Positions 52,917 to 64,000 of a stretch of DNA of 64,000 nucleotides are shown piece after piece; the stretch's first letter is position 1; every line of letters starts with the position of its first letter. Below the pieces are notes generated by a model that saw only the letters and a program-made list of their open reading frames with translations, had not been told where the DNA came from and made no database searches. The position numbers and the translations under genes were made by a program. This stretch comes from Nemertoderma westbladi (taxonomy: Eukaryota; Animalia; Xenacoelomorpha), in assembly GCA_032718475.1 (NCBI GenBank), contig JAUCBJ010002317.1, positions 18,564-82,563 of the forward strand, in the 5' to 3' direction.

Positions 52917-53994
52917 ATCTAGCGATCCAACGTGCGTAATTTTATTACGTTATGTCATCGTACAGGCGTTCTGAACGCTGGTGTAGTTAATCACAATATT
53001 GTGATACTTGGAATATTGCTTTGAAACAGTGCATTTTTGTACTTGACAACAAGTATATATGTACCGGTGTATATACGTAGTTTTATTACAAAATTGTTAC
53101 ACGAAATTACTGAATAAAGATAATTATCGAAATACGGATTTTAGAACAAACCTTTTTTAAAAAGTTTGATAAATTTTCCGCTAAAAATTAATACCTCTAG
53201 TGGAAATTCGACCCAAATATCAGCTGATGATTACTCCCAATAATAAAACTGTTCTGTTATGTTTCGTTTATTGTTTTGGTTAGAATAACGTGCCACTGCC
53301 CCCCCCCCCCCCCCCCCCCCACTCCCCTGTCTCTTAGGTTAAACAGGTGTAAAACGTTCATAAACATTAGCAATTTGTTATTCGTTTAATTAAATACAGT
53401 TCCAGCATTTCCAAGAGATCATTCTAATATTCAATGTTAGTCTTAAGAAATATTATCAAAAATACCGTTTTTACTTAATAAATGGGGATTTGGCTGAGGT
53501 TGTTGGGAGTGTTACATATTTATTTAGGTTGTTTCGTTCGTATTCCTTTATGATTGTATTAAAGAGTCCGCTATCCCATTTACCTATACGTTAAAAATAT
53601 TTGAATACGATTTTTATGTTATTTTTACCCTGAATCAACACCAATTTATCATAGAGAACCGCTGCCTACGCAGTGCTAATGTAGTGAAAATGTTTATTTG
53701 CAAGAAAATATTACGGCATGTGGGATTTGAACTCGGCACTTCTCGGCACTTCATCAGTCTATTGAGCTACCGGCATGTCACATGTTATAGCAAAACTACC
53801 GTAGGATCAGTTTCCTTCTAGTAGCTGCCGTAATACACAACAAAATGATTTTATATAGAATTAGACTTCACATAGAGAAACTGCTGTTCAATCCTGACTG
53901 GTGTACTACGAGGCGACACATTGGCGCCATTATGATTCATAATTGTATTGGATTACGCAATGAGGACGGCGGCGGTTACAAAGGGAGAAAAAAT

Positions 53995-54134
53995 TGGATT
54001 CACACAACAAGAACGCAGAAGTAGTAGCCGGCAACTACAGCCACAGACACCGACTTCGCGGATGACATCGCCCTGCTCTCTAATACGCTAGCAGATTCAC
54101 AGCTTCTACTAAATAAAGTGGAGAGGGCTGCTAA
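53995..54134 (+). mobile_element. RTE-like non-LTR retrotransposon RT fragment (5' part)
   Basis: DTDFADDIALLSNTLADSQLLLNKVERAAK contains the RT catalytic FADD motif; the frame continues at 55535. Confidence 0.85.
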
Positions 54135-55531
54135 GTGCCCATCCATAAATGACGTCACGCTGGACATGGGGGGGGGGGGTGAAATTTCGTGACGATTTGT
54201 GACGAGGGGGGGTTGCAATATAGTGACGTCACATTATAAGTTTCCGATAAAAGTACTGTATTGAATACATAGCGTGTATACTTTCAGGGCACCGTCAGAT
54301 CAGAAGTAATAAAATGTAAATAAAATAAAATTCAAAAAAAAATTAAAAATAAAATTGGTTCAAATTTCCTGCACTATTCTATGGTTCAACCATATCAACT
54401 ATACAATACAATAGCCTACATGTATTTGTATACTGTATAGGTCTACTGTTACTACTGTACAGAGGACTTTCATTTTAAACTATAGTCAGCATCAACTTAC
54501 TGTTACAGGTGATACCGTGGAGTACTGTACAGTATGTATGTACAGTATGGTACATTAGCTGGTGTCTGGCTAATTAACTTTTTAGTTTTAGTTTAGTATA
54601 ATATAGTACCTATAGGATGTCGCAGTGTCCGAGTGGATATGGCGCCTGAACTGCTTACACAATAGTGTTTGGTGGCGCAGGTTCGAATCCGACTAAAGGC
54701 TGTAGAAATTTCGCACTGTTGTGTCCCTAGGCAAGACACTTTAGACATTAGTGCCTACGTCAACCCAGCGGTATAATGGGAACCTGGCTTTGCTGGGGTA
54801 ATGATAATAAAAGCGCTTTGAGTATGCCGAGCATAATAAAGCGCTATATAAATAACCAATATTATTATTTATTATTATTATTACCTACCGGTGCGGTGCG
54901 GTGCCGTAAAACAACCGGCAGCATGAAATTCCGATAACGCAAACTATTCAAGGAGTCATCTGTCCAGAACAATCCAACTATTCTACTCACAATTTCCCAT
55001 CTCTTTTTGTCAATTTAGCTCTAAAGGATACCATATTTAAACTATTACCTCTTCCAATGACAACCTTTAAAATATTACCTAAGACCTCTACTGCCCTTCC
55101 ATAATTGTTAAAATTAGAGAGCGTGTTTGTAAAGAATGTCATCTTTACTTTGCATCGAAAGTTTTACTTAAAAATCACTTTATATCCCTTCATGGTAGCG
55201 GTAGTTCCAGAACTCCTTTTGATTATCAATCCCCTGCGAATCCACAGTAGCTGATGTCTCACCAATGGCAATTATAACCACGACAGACCACCTGTCGTGC
55301 CCATAGGAGCATGTCTGAAAACTAGTATTGATTTGTAATGTTAGTTTATAGTTGACAAATGTATTACAGATTTATTGTTCTAATAATATAGTAATAGTCT
55401 TAATCATTTAATTTTATAGAGTGTGACGTGACATTGGGGAGCGGGGGGTTAGCCATTTCGTGAAGATTGGTGACGAAGGGAGGGGGGTCAAAAATGTCTT
55501 TAAAAACGTGACAATGTTTATGGATGGCCGC
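54135..55531. mobile_element. PIF/Harbinger-type MITE inserted in the LINE fragment
   Basis: TIRs GTGCCCATCCATAAATGACGTCAC / GTGACAATGTTTATGGATGGCCGC with a 3-bp TAA TSD (54132-54134, 55532-55534). Removing it restores AAKEVGLLINATKTEFM. Confidence 0.85.
54619..54883 (+). mobile_element. tRNA-derived SINE with Deu/Nin-like core and L2-like tail
   Basis: A box TGTCCGAGTGG, B box GGTTCGAATCC, core TGTGTCCCTAGGCAAGACACTT...CAACCCAGCGGTATAATGGG, tail AAGCGCTTTGAG...AAAGCGCTATATAAAT(ATT)n. Confidence 0.82.
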
Positions 55532-55534
55532 TAA

Positions 55535-55869
55535 GGAGGTTGGTTTGCTTATAAATGCTACCAAGACCGAATTCATGACTTAATGTTAATGGTAATGTGA
55601 CAACAGTTGATCAACTAAGGAAGGTTGACGACTTCCAGTACCTTGGATCATGGATAGAGAGTAGCAAAAAAGACATAGAAGTTAGGAAAATAGCTCTATC
55701 AAAAATGGATACCATCTGGAAATCTGATCTCTCCAGGTACCTGAAGGCTAAGTTCTTTCGAGCCACAGTGGAGAGTGTATTTTTATACGGGGGTGAGACC
55801 TGGGCACTGACGAAATCACTTGAACAACGAATTAATGGTTGTTTGTTACACAAGACTACTAAGGGCTGA
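55535..55869 (+). mobile_element. RTE-like RT fragment (3' part)
   Basis: EVGLLINATKTEFM...KVDDFQYLGSWI...FFRATVESVFLYGGETWALTK, typical of non-LTR RT domain 7/thumb. Confidence 0.85.
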
Positions 55870-56759
55870 AGGGTGGGTGATGTCTACACTAAACTGGAAA
55901 AGTATCCAGTTTATAAGTGTATAAGTTTTAGGTTGTTTGTATAAACTACAACAATATTCATATCTCGTTAATGACATAATATAATCTATTTCATTTCTTC
56001 AGTTAAACTACATAGAACAAAAATCAACAACATGAAAGTTTTCAACCTGAATAATAATATAGATAAGATATATTTCCTTGTTTACAATGACATTATTGCA
56101 CATATTGCAGAGTTTATCGCAAACAAAACATGGCTTAGCACAATGATAATCAACATTATGTATTGTATGTGATGCTGCTATATGCACCTATAAATACAAT
56201 GTACATAAACTTTCTCACAGACTAAGATACATTGATCCTACCATTCCCTGTGTCCACACAAGTTCACTGTTCACATACTTTTGTTTTATTTTGCAACTAA
56301 CACGATAAGCAGTGATACTGCAACGAATAGCATAAACAGAATGCGTCCTGAAATGGTTTTTTACTAACATATCTGGCTTCATTTGCGGGTTAAAAAGTAG
56401 CCGAGCCATATGTGACACACATTGCTGAGGGTTAAAATAAAACATATAGGGGCCTAGGGGGAATAATTCCTAAAACAGTGAGAACAGTTACCTACTACTA
56501 ACTGTACATTTAAAAAAAATGGCGGAAAAATTATAGAATTTTACTTCCAGGTTCACGTAGGGTAAAATTATACTTATACACACTCTTTACTTTCCCAAGA
56601 ATAACATATAACTAAAAGATAATTCCATTTTCCAGTTGAAATAAATATATTTGGCATACGGGAGTAATGCATGAGTTGAGTAGAGTAGCTAGCGCTGGAA
56701 CCTTATTGACATCAGCAATTCAGCAACAACTGCCCCTGATGATATTTTATTTTATTAAT

Positions 56760-57557
56760 CTATAAATCTCCACAGAATCCAGAGATATTATTCTCATCGT
56801 AGATAAACTTCCAGCTATCCGTGCCACCCATATCCTCCATCAGCTGATCAACCCCGATGCAGGAACCTAAATCCCTCTTCTTAACGAAGACAACCTTCTT
56901 GGCGGACTCCTTGCCCATTATCTGCTTCACGATGGTCCATGTCGCGCTGAACACCAACGGCATCTCGTAGGCCAGTAGATACGCGAGCGAGTCTGGGTAG
57001 TAATGTTTGTGACAGTTTATCATAAAGTTCACGTATCCCATGTCGATGTTGGTGATACCGGCCCCGTGCATGTCGAACAAGATGACTAACTTCCTGCCTA
57101 GGTTACTGAAATACAACCTTTCTAGAAGATAGATAAAATGGCGTTGAGCATCTTTGCTCAATGATTTATCGTGTTGTTTGAAGTGAATAATAAGAACATT
57201 AGCGCCATTAAGATCCTTGTTACGAATGTACGCTGAACCCTTTTCTAAGAGTTTCTTATTTAGATTATCTTCGGCAATGTCCTCCACTCCGTATTCTTTT
57301 CGCCACTTTAAGCTAGCGTGCATCTGATCAACAGCTTCTCCGGGGATGTCCTCGTATATGTGGTTGTGTCGGATGTAACGCCACACCCATGCGTCCTCGT
57401 CCCGCATCCGTTGCACGTCCCGCTCGCTGTACGCCCCATCCGATATCGAGTTGGCGCATTCCGTTAAGAATTTCTCGCGCACGTTCGCTATCAGTTGTTT
57501 GTGTTCGTCTTTTTGCGGATCTACTGGGAAGGGGTTGGGGAATTCTGGAGGCGCCAT
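56760..57557 (-). CDS. MOSPD2-like: Intronless MOSPD2-like CRAL-TRIO (Sec14) protein, 265 aa, lacking MSP and TM domains; nested antisense in RPL9 intron 2
   Basis: Motifs Y.ERDVQR...D.WV, SLKWRKE, FDM.GAGITNIDM..V.F.INC.K.YYP, EMP.VF.A.W.IVK and MGGTD recall the MOSPD2 N-terminal domain. Uninterrupted ORF; MAPPEF at 57557 is the likely start, as the upstream 72 codons look non-coding. Confidence 0.9.
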   Translation of the reverse strand: MAPPEFPNPFPVDPQKDEHKQLIANVREKFLTECANSISDGAYSERDVQRMRDEDAWVWRYIRHNHIYEDIPGEAVDQMHASLKWRKEYGVEDIAEDNLNKKLLEKGSAYIRNKDLNGANVLIIHFKQHDKSLSKDAQRHFIYLLERLYFSNLGRKLVILFDMHGAGITNIDMGYVNFMINCHKHYYPDSLAYLLAYEMPLVFSATWTIVKQIMGKESAKKVVFVKKRDLGSCIGVDQLMEDMGGTDSWKFIYDENNISGFCGDL

Positions 57558-59231
57558 GCTGTACCGCGGTACCGGTATGGACAACAGCTGAACGGTACAA
57601 TGGCAATGGTAATACCTAAGCTGGGAGAGCTGACACAGATAATAAGCTACTGTACGTTGCACTACAGCATTAATTACCAGCAGAACCCTAACCTTGCCCT
57701 TCAGATTCAGCGCTGCAATAGCTGGGCATTCAAGATTGGACTGGCTAACCACACTAGGTGTATAGGTATACATAACGCCAACTGCGAACTTTATGTTCTT
57801 CCCTGATGTTGGCCCAATAAGAGGAATATCAGCTCCATTGTGTTATCCAATTAAATTTGGACTGCCATTACGTCATCATCAGATATTGGTGTATTTTGGG
57901 GCGAGCCACGAAGTTGGCGGAGCTTTAGCAAACTGACACAGTTGGGGTGGGTAAATTTTCCAAATAGTTGTCGTCGTCGACGATACTATTTTGACATGCT
58001 AATAACTTTCTCAGATTTGGAGCTGTCGAGTTGAGAATTTAATGCCATCAATAGGACAAAACTAAGATATTTTTGTACTATGATATTTGGGAGACTTTCA
58101 GACACCATTAGTTTAATAGTCTCCCTCTAGAGGGCTACATGTCTAAACGTTAAATGTCTTGTGATTTTTTCATTTTATTCCTTTCAAGCCGAAACTTGGT
58201 TGACCCATTAACTGTGTCTTTCAAATGAGTCTAACTGTCTGTAGTTTTCCAGTCTGTCTCTAGAGGGCTAAACTTCTGAAGGTGAAAACTTCCCATTTCC
58301 GTGATTTTGATCCAATTGAACACTAGACCACATGTTGCGTCTTTGAGGGGATTCTGCTCCATCTATACTGCTAAAGTTTGCCGCTAAACGGGGAAATCTC
58401 AAAAAGTAAATCTCTCATTTCGTTATTTGTTATCCGATCAAGCTAAAAATTGACAGTTATGCGTGCTCGACCATCCATAGAGCCTTATTTGCACTTTGAT
58501 CCATCTCAAGTTCTCCAGTCTACCGCTAATGGGCTAAAATGAAAAACATTTTAGGAATGTATGAAATGAAACCTTCCTTCAAGCATTTCGTATTGTTATT
58601 TATAATCCTTTCTGCCTGATTAATACCTGGAAATGCTGGCATGTATATTATAGACCTCAGACTTAGTTTTTGTGATCTCTAAATAATACCGTCTGGGTCT
58701 CCAGTTACACAGTTTGTCGATATGATGTAATAAATGATTAGGGGACATCCGTTTGTATTTTGCTTATAATTCTTTCCAGTTGATGACACTTAAAATAAGT
58801 TTAACACGCTTGCTGAACGAAGGTCCGCCAGACTTTGTGTCCTAAAATATATAATATATATAATCTATTCGATGGTTTTGATGGGTTTTTATATATATTT
58901 GATTAGTTTTGAGTTTATTTTTTGAGGGGAAACTAATTATTGTAAAGACGGAGGAATTATAACTTATAATAACAAACAGTGTAAAACATTGTTTTATCGG
59001 GATGTTTTGTGGGTAGCGTTAGCCAGTGAACCAACCCCCAATGGATTACTGTATTATTAATTGAAAGTAATTGAATTATCGAACAACGTATATTATATAA
59101 TAATAAATTACGAATAGACTTGATAGCGCCGTTTGGTCAAGTTTTAGCGGCCTGACCTGTATTGGTTGTTCCTGACGTTACTGGAAAACTTTAGTTATTT
59201 ATAATTAACCTTTTGTGTTCCGCTTTTTTAG

Positions 59232-59445
59232 GGATACAAATACAAGATGCGGTTTGTCTACGCCCATTTCCCAATTAATTGCGCTATAACCGATGGCGGA
59301 AAACATATCGAAATCAGGAATTTCTTGGGGGAGAAGGTAGTGAGACATGTGGAGATGCGAGAAGGGGTTTCTGTGGCGACAAGTACAAAGACCAAAGACG
59401 AACTTATACTGACAGGCAACGACATAGAAATGGTTTCATTATCGG
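59232..59445 (+). CDS. RPL9: 60S ribosomal protein L9, coding exon 3
   Basis: Acceptor TTTTTTAG; [16 protein letters not shown]...EIRNFLGEK...[17 protein letters not shown]; donor G|GTAAG (phase 1). Confidence 0.97.
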
Positions 59446-59668
59446 GTAAGAAAGAAACTATTAATTCGGCATTTTTTTTATTGAAAATATAAGTTTACTA
59501 TAATATATTAGCTGCTCTTGGCTGCTTCGTTTTTGTTATGGAATTGCGTTGAAATTTGGTGAATATTAAATTTTAAAACAAAATAAAATGTGTTTACGTT
59601 TGTTGACAAAAGGAAACATCTCGATTCTACAATAATAGTTTATTCGATACAGCGGTATTTGTGTTGGG

Positions 59669-62600
59669 GTTTAACTGGTATGTTCGCACTTCGCTCCCTG
59701 TGGTTTAACTGTTATGTTCGCACTTCGCTCCCTGCGGTTTAACTGTTATGTTCGCACTTCGCTCCCTGCGGTTTAACTGTTATGTTCGCACTTCGCTCCC
59801 TGTGGTTTAACTGTTATGTTCGCACTTCGCTCCGTGTGGTTTAACTGTTATGTTCGCACTTCGCTCCCTGTGGTTTAACTGTTATGTTCGCACTTCGCTC
59901 CCTGCGGTTTAACTGTTATGTTCGCACTTCGCTCCCTGTGGTTTAACTGTTATGTTCGCACTTCGCTCCCTGTGGTTTAACTGTTATGTTCGCACTTCGC
60001 TCCCTGTGGTTTAACTGTTATGTTCGCACTTCGCTCCCTGCGGTTTAACTGTTATGTTCGCACTTCGCTCCCTGTGGTTTAACTGTTATGTTCGCACTTC
60101 GCTCCCTGCGGTTTAACTGTTATGTTCGCACTTCGCTCCCTGTGGTTTAACTGTTATGTTCGCACTTCGCTCCCTGTGGTTTAACTGTTATGTTCGCACT
60201 TCGCTCCCTGCGGTTTAACTGTTATGTTCGCACTTCGCTCCCTGTGGTTTAACTGTTATGTTCGCACTTCGCTCCCTGTGGTTTAACTGTTATGTTCGCA
60301 CTTCGCTCCCTGTGGTTTAACTGTTATGTTCGCACTTCGCTCCCTGCGGTTTAACTGTTATGTTCGCACTTCGCTCCCTGCGGTTTAACTGTTATGTTCG
60401 CACTTCGCTCCCTGTGGTTTAACTGTTATGTTCGCACTTCGCTCCCTGTGGTTTAACTGTTATGTTCGCACTTCGCTCCGTGTGGTTTAACTGTTATGTT
60501 CGCACTTCGCTCCCTGTGGTTTAACTGTTATGTTCGCACTTCGCTCCCTGCGGTTTAACTGTTATGTTCGCACTTCGCTCCCTGCGGTTTAACTGTTATG
60601 TTCGCACTTCGCTCCCTGTGGTTTAACTGTTATGTTCGCACTTCGCTCCCTGTGGTTTAACTGTTATGTTCGCACTTCGCTCCCTGTGGTTTAACTGTTA
60701 TGTTCGCACTTCGCTCCCTGCGGTTTAACTGTTATGTTCGCACTTCGCTCCCTGTGGTTTAACTGTTATGTTCGCACTTCGCTCCCTGTGGTTTAACCTG
60801 TTATGTTCGCACTTCGCTCCCTGTGGTTTAACTGTTATGTTCGCACTTCGCTCCCTGTGGTTTAACTGTTATGTTCGCACTTCGCTCCCTGCGGTTTAAC
60901 TGTTATGTTCGCACTTCGCTCCCTGTGGTTTAACTGTTATGTTCGCACTTCGCTCCCTGTGGTTTAACTGTTATGTTCGCACTTCGCTCCCTGTGGTTTA
61001 ACTGTTATGTTCGCACTTCGCTCCCTGCGGTTTAACTGTTATGTTCGCACTTCGCTCCCTGTGGTTTAACTGTTATGTTCGCACTTCGCTCCCTGTGGTT
61101 TAACTGTTATGTTCGCACTTCGCTCCCTGCGGTTTAACTGTTATGTTCGCACTTCGCTCCCTGTGGTTTAACTGTTATGTTCGCACTTCGCTCCCTGCGG
61201 TTTAACTGTTATGTTCGCACTTCGCTCCCTGTGGTTTAACTGTTATGTTCGCACTTCGCTCCCTGTGGTTTAACTGTTATGTTCGCACTTCGCTCCCTGC
61301 GGTTTAACTGTTATGTTCGCACTTCGCTCCCTGTGGTTTAACTGTTATGTTCGCACTTCGCTCCCTGTGGTTTAACTGTTATGTTCGCACTTCGCTCCCT
61401 GTGGTTTAACTGTTATGTTCGCACTTCGCTCCCTGTGGTTTAACTGTTATGTTCGCACTTCGCTCCCTGCGGTTTAACTGTTATGTTCGCACTTCGCTCC
61501 CTGTGGTTTAACTGTTATGTTCGCACTTCGCTCCCTGTGGTTTAACTGTTATGTTCGCACTTCGCTCCCTGTGGTTTAACTGTTATGTTCGCACTTCGCT
61601 CCCTGTGGTTTAACTGTTATGTTCGCACTTCGCTCCCTGGGTTAACTGTATGTTCGCACTTCGCTCCCTGTGGTTTAACTGTTATGTTCGCACTTCGCTC
61701 CCTGTGGTTTAACTGTTATGTTCGCACTTCGCTCCCTGCGGTTTAACTGGTATGTTCGCACTTCGCTCCCTGTGGTTTAACTGTTATGTTCGCACTTCGC
61801 TCCCTGTGGTTTAACTGTTATGTTCGCACTTAGCTCCCTATGGTTTAACTGTTATGTTCGCACTTCGCTCCCTGTGGTTTAACTGTTATGTTCGCACTTC
61901 GCTCCCTGTGGTTTAACTGTTATGTTCGCACTTCGCTCCCTGTGGTTTAACTGTTATGTTCGCACTTCGCTCCCTGCGGTTTAACTGTTATGTTCGCACT
62001 TCGCTCCCTGTGGTTTAACTGTTATGTTCGCACTTCACTCCCTGTGGTTTAACTGTTATGTTCGCACTTCGCTCCCTGCGGTTTAACTGTTATGTTCGCA
62101 CTTCGCTCCCTGCGGTTTAACTGTTATGTTCGCACTTCGCTCCCTGTGGTTTAACTGTTATGTTCGCACTTCGCTCCCTGTGGTTTAACTGTTATGTTCG
62201 CACTTCGCTCCCTGTGGTTTAACTGTTATGTTCGCACTTCGCTCCCTGTGGTTTAACTGGTATGTTCGCACTTCACTCCGTGTGGTTTAACTGTTATGTT
62301 CGCACTTAGCTCCCTATGGTTTAACTGTTATGTTCGCACTTCGCTCCCTGCGGTTTAACTGTTATGTTCGCACTTCGCTCCCTGTGGTTTAACTGTTATG
62401 TTCGCACTTCGCTCCCTGTGGTTTAACTGTTATGTTCGCACTTCGCTCCCTGCGGTTTAACTGTTATGTTCGCACTTCGCTCCCTGTGGTTTAACTGTTA
62501 TGTTCGTACTTCGCTCCCTGTGGTTTAACTGTTATGTTCGCACTTCGCTCCCTGCGGTTTAACTGTTATGTTCGCACTTCGCTCCCTGTGGTTTAACTGT

Positions 62601-63031
62601 TATGTTCGCACTTCGCTCCCTGTGGTTTAACTGTTATGTTCGCACTTCGCTCCCTGCGGTTTAACTGTTATGTTCGCACTTCGCTCCCTGTGGTTTAACT
62701 GTTATGTTCGCACTTCGCTCCCTGTGGTTTAACTGTTATGTTCGCACTTCGCTCCCTGTGGTTTAACTGTTATGTTCGCACTTCGCTCCCTGCGGTTTAA
62801 CTGTTATGTTCGCACTTCGCTCCCTGTGGTTTAACTGTTATGTTCGCACTTCGCTCCCTGTGGTTTAACTGTTATGTTCGCACTTCGCTCCCTGCGGTTT
62901 AACTGTTATGTTCGCACTTCGCTCCCTGTGGTTTAACTGTTATGTTCGCACTTCACTCCCTGTGGTTTAACTGTTATGTTCGCACTTCGCTCCCTGCGGT
63001 TTAACTGTTATGTTCGCACTTCGCTCTCTGC
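59669..63031. repeat. 34-bp tandem satellite (about 99 copies) filling RPL9 intron 3
   Basis: Unit GTTTAACTGTTATGTTCGCACTTCGCTCCCTG(T/C)G; no spacers. Confidence 0.98.
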
Positions 63032-63104
63032 GATAACAACATTCATATTTTTCTTTAAACATTAAGGAATCATTTGTATAAATTTATTGTTTTTATTATT
63101 CCAG

Positions 63105-63202
63105 CGGCTCTCATCCACCAGTCGACGAAGGTGCGAGATAAAGATATCAGAAAGTTCTTGGACGGTATATATGTTTCGGAGAAAGGGAACATTGACGAAT
63201 AG
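63105..63202 (+). CDS. RPL9: 60S ribosomal protein L9, coding exon 4
   Basis: Acceptor TTCCAG; (A)[31 protein letters not shown]. The four exons total 567 nt = 188 aa plus stop. Confidence 0.97.
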
Positions 63203-63536
63203 TTTATAAGTTTGTGCCACGGATCTTTTGTACACAGTGGATTGGCAATATGTTCAAATATCGTACTCTAGATGGCGTTACTAACTGCTGTATAAAGTAC
63301 GTGAACTTTTGGCAATGAAATTAAACTTCCACATAATATCAAATGAATCCAATAATATAGTTATATAATAAATTATTTTATTATAATATTACATTGGGGT
63401 CCCACTACTACAAACTTACCAGCTGCTTATTGTAGCGGAAATGTCTAGCGAATTGGAGATGTAGTTTCTGCAGGGTGGTCTCTACTTTACCAGTCGGCCA
63501 TTCAGGAACTTATTTCTATTGAAAGCAAGCCACAAC

Positions 63537-63615
63537 TTGGTCTAGTGGTGACGTTCCTGTTCTTCCAATCCAATCAGTAGGTCTTGGTTCGATTCCTAGA
63601 TAGGGTAGCACTGTT
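63537..63615 (+). mobile_element. tRNA-derived SINE head fragment
   Basis: TGGTCTAGTGGTGAC.TTCCTG...GGTTCGATTCCTAGAT.GGG.AGCACT, same family as the 46.2-kb copy. Confidence 0.6.
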
Positions 63616-63759
63616 TCGGCTACTACTATATAATCGGTATGCTGCATCAAAGCTGCACATTGAAATGCTATGATGGCTTAACGAAAGTATTTTTGCTACC
63701 ACCATGCAATCCACAATTGGCAAGCCCCATGCAGCGTGCATTAAGAATGCTGTGCCGTC

Positions 63760-64000
63760 TTATCAGCAAAGTTGCACCGCCACAACTCCCTATCTCACTT
63801 TCGCGAGATTACCTACAGCTTCAAGGCCAGTGTCCTTTAGAAGGTGTCTCTCGAAAGTCATGGCCTGCCCACCTTGCTTATTTTTCTCAATGGGGCTGCC
63901 AAAGCACAAGATTGTGCACAGGCTGGTCCTCACGGCGAAAGCAATGTCCTGTAAAGCGGAGACGGTTCCGTTCAAGTGTCAAGCTAGTGGAGACTATTGA
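63760..64000 (-). mobile_element. RTE-like LINE 3' coding remnant
   Basis: RNRLRFTGHCFRREDQPVHNLVLWQP, then after a frameshift TFERHLLKDTGL...DRELWR; typical RTE C-terminal motifs, with stops. Confidence 0.7.

Noticed and set aside
54619-54700. tRNA gene
   Set aside because: A and B boxes are present but there is no clean cloverleaf; it continues into a SINE core and (ATT)n tail.
57558-57773. 72-aa N-terminal extension of the CRAL-TRIO ORF
   Set aside because: No resemblance to the family; more likely 5' UTR or promoter that happens to be open.
57830-58850. Degenerate ~130-bp subrepeats (TAGAGGGCTA) suggesting another old HINE-like element
   Set aside because: Too decayed to define termini by eye.
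59669-63031. CRISPR array (34-bp repeat starting GTTT)
   Set aside because: Repeats abut with no unique spacers, there are no cas genes, and it lies in a eukaryotic intron.

Overview
Repeat-rich, AT-rich invertebrate animal genomic DNA with spliceosomal introns; no prokaryotic features. Genes: an alpha-tubulin C-terminal coding block (7160-7276, +), a two-exon achaete-scute class b bHLH gene (9013-9952, -), a decayed intronless BTB-BACK-Kelch pseudogene (about 46.7-48.0 kb, +), and a complete four-exon RPL9 gene (CDS 49189-63202, +, 188 aa). RPL9 intron 2 hosts an intact, intronless antisense MOSPD2-like CRAL-TRIO gene (56760-57557), and intron 3 is mostly a 34-bp satellite. The dominant structure is a 34-kb head-to-tail array (10787-45127) of about 21 non-autonomous Helentron/HINE-like units. 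It has two terminal types whose subterminal inverted repeats and hairpins co-vary, three interchangeable bodies, chimeric units, and several rearrangements that break at the terminal hairpins. Also present: an 81-bp minisatellite, a Penelope-like GIY-YIG remnant with inverted terminal repeats nested in a TIR element, RTE-like LINE fragments, a Harbinger-type MITE, and tRNA-derived SINEs. Most ORFs in the supplied track are artefacts of the repeats. All family assignments come from recalled motifs read by eye, not from database searches.
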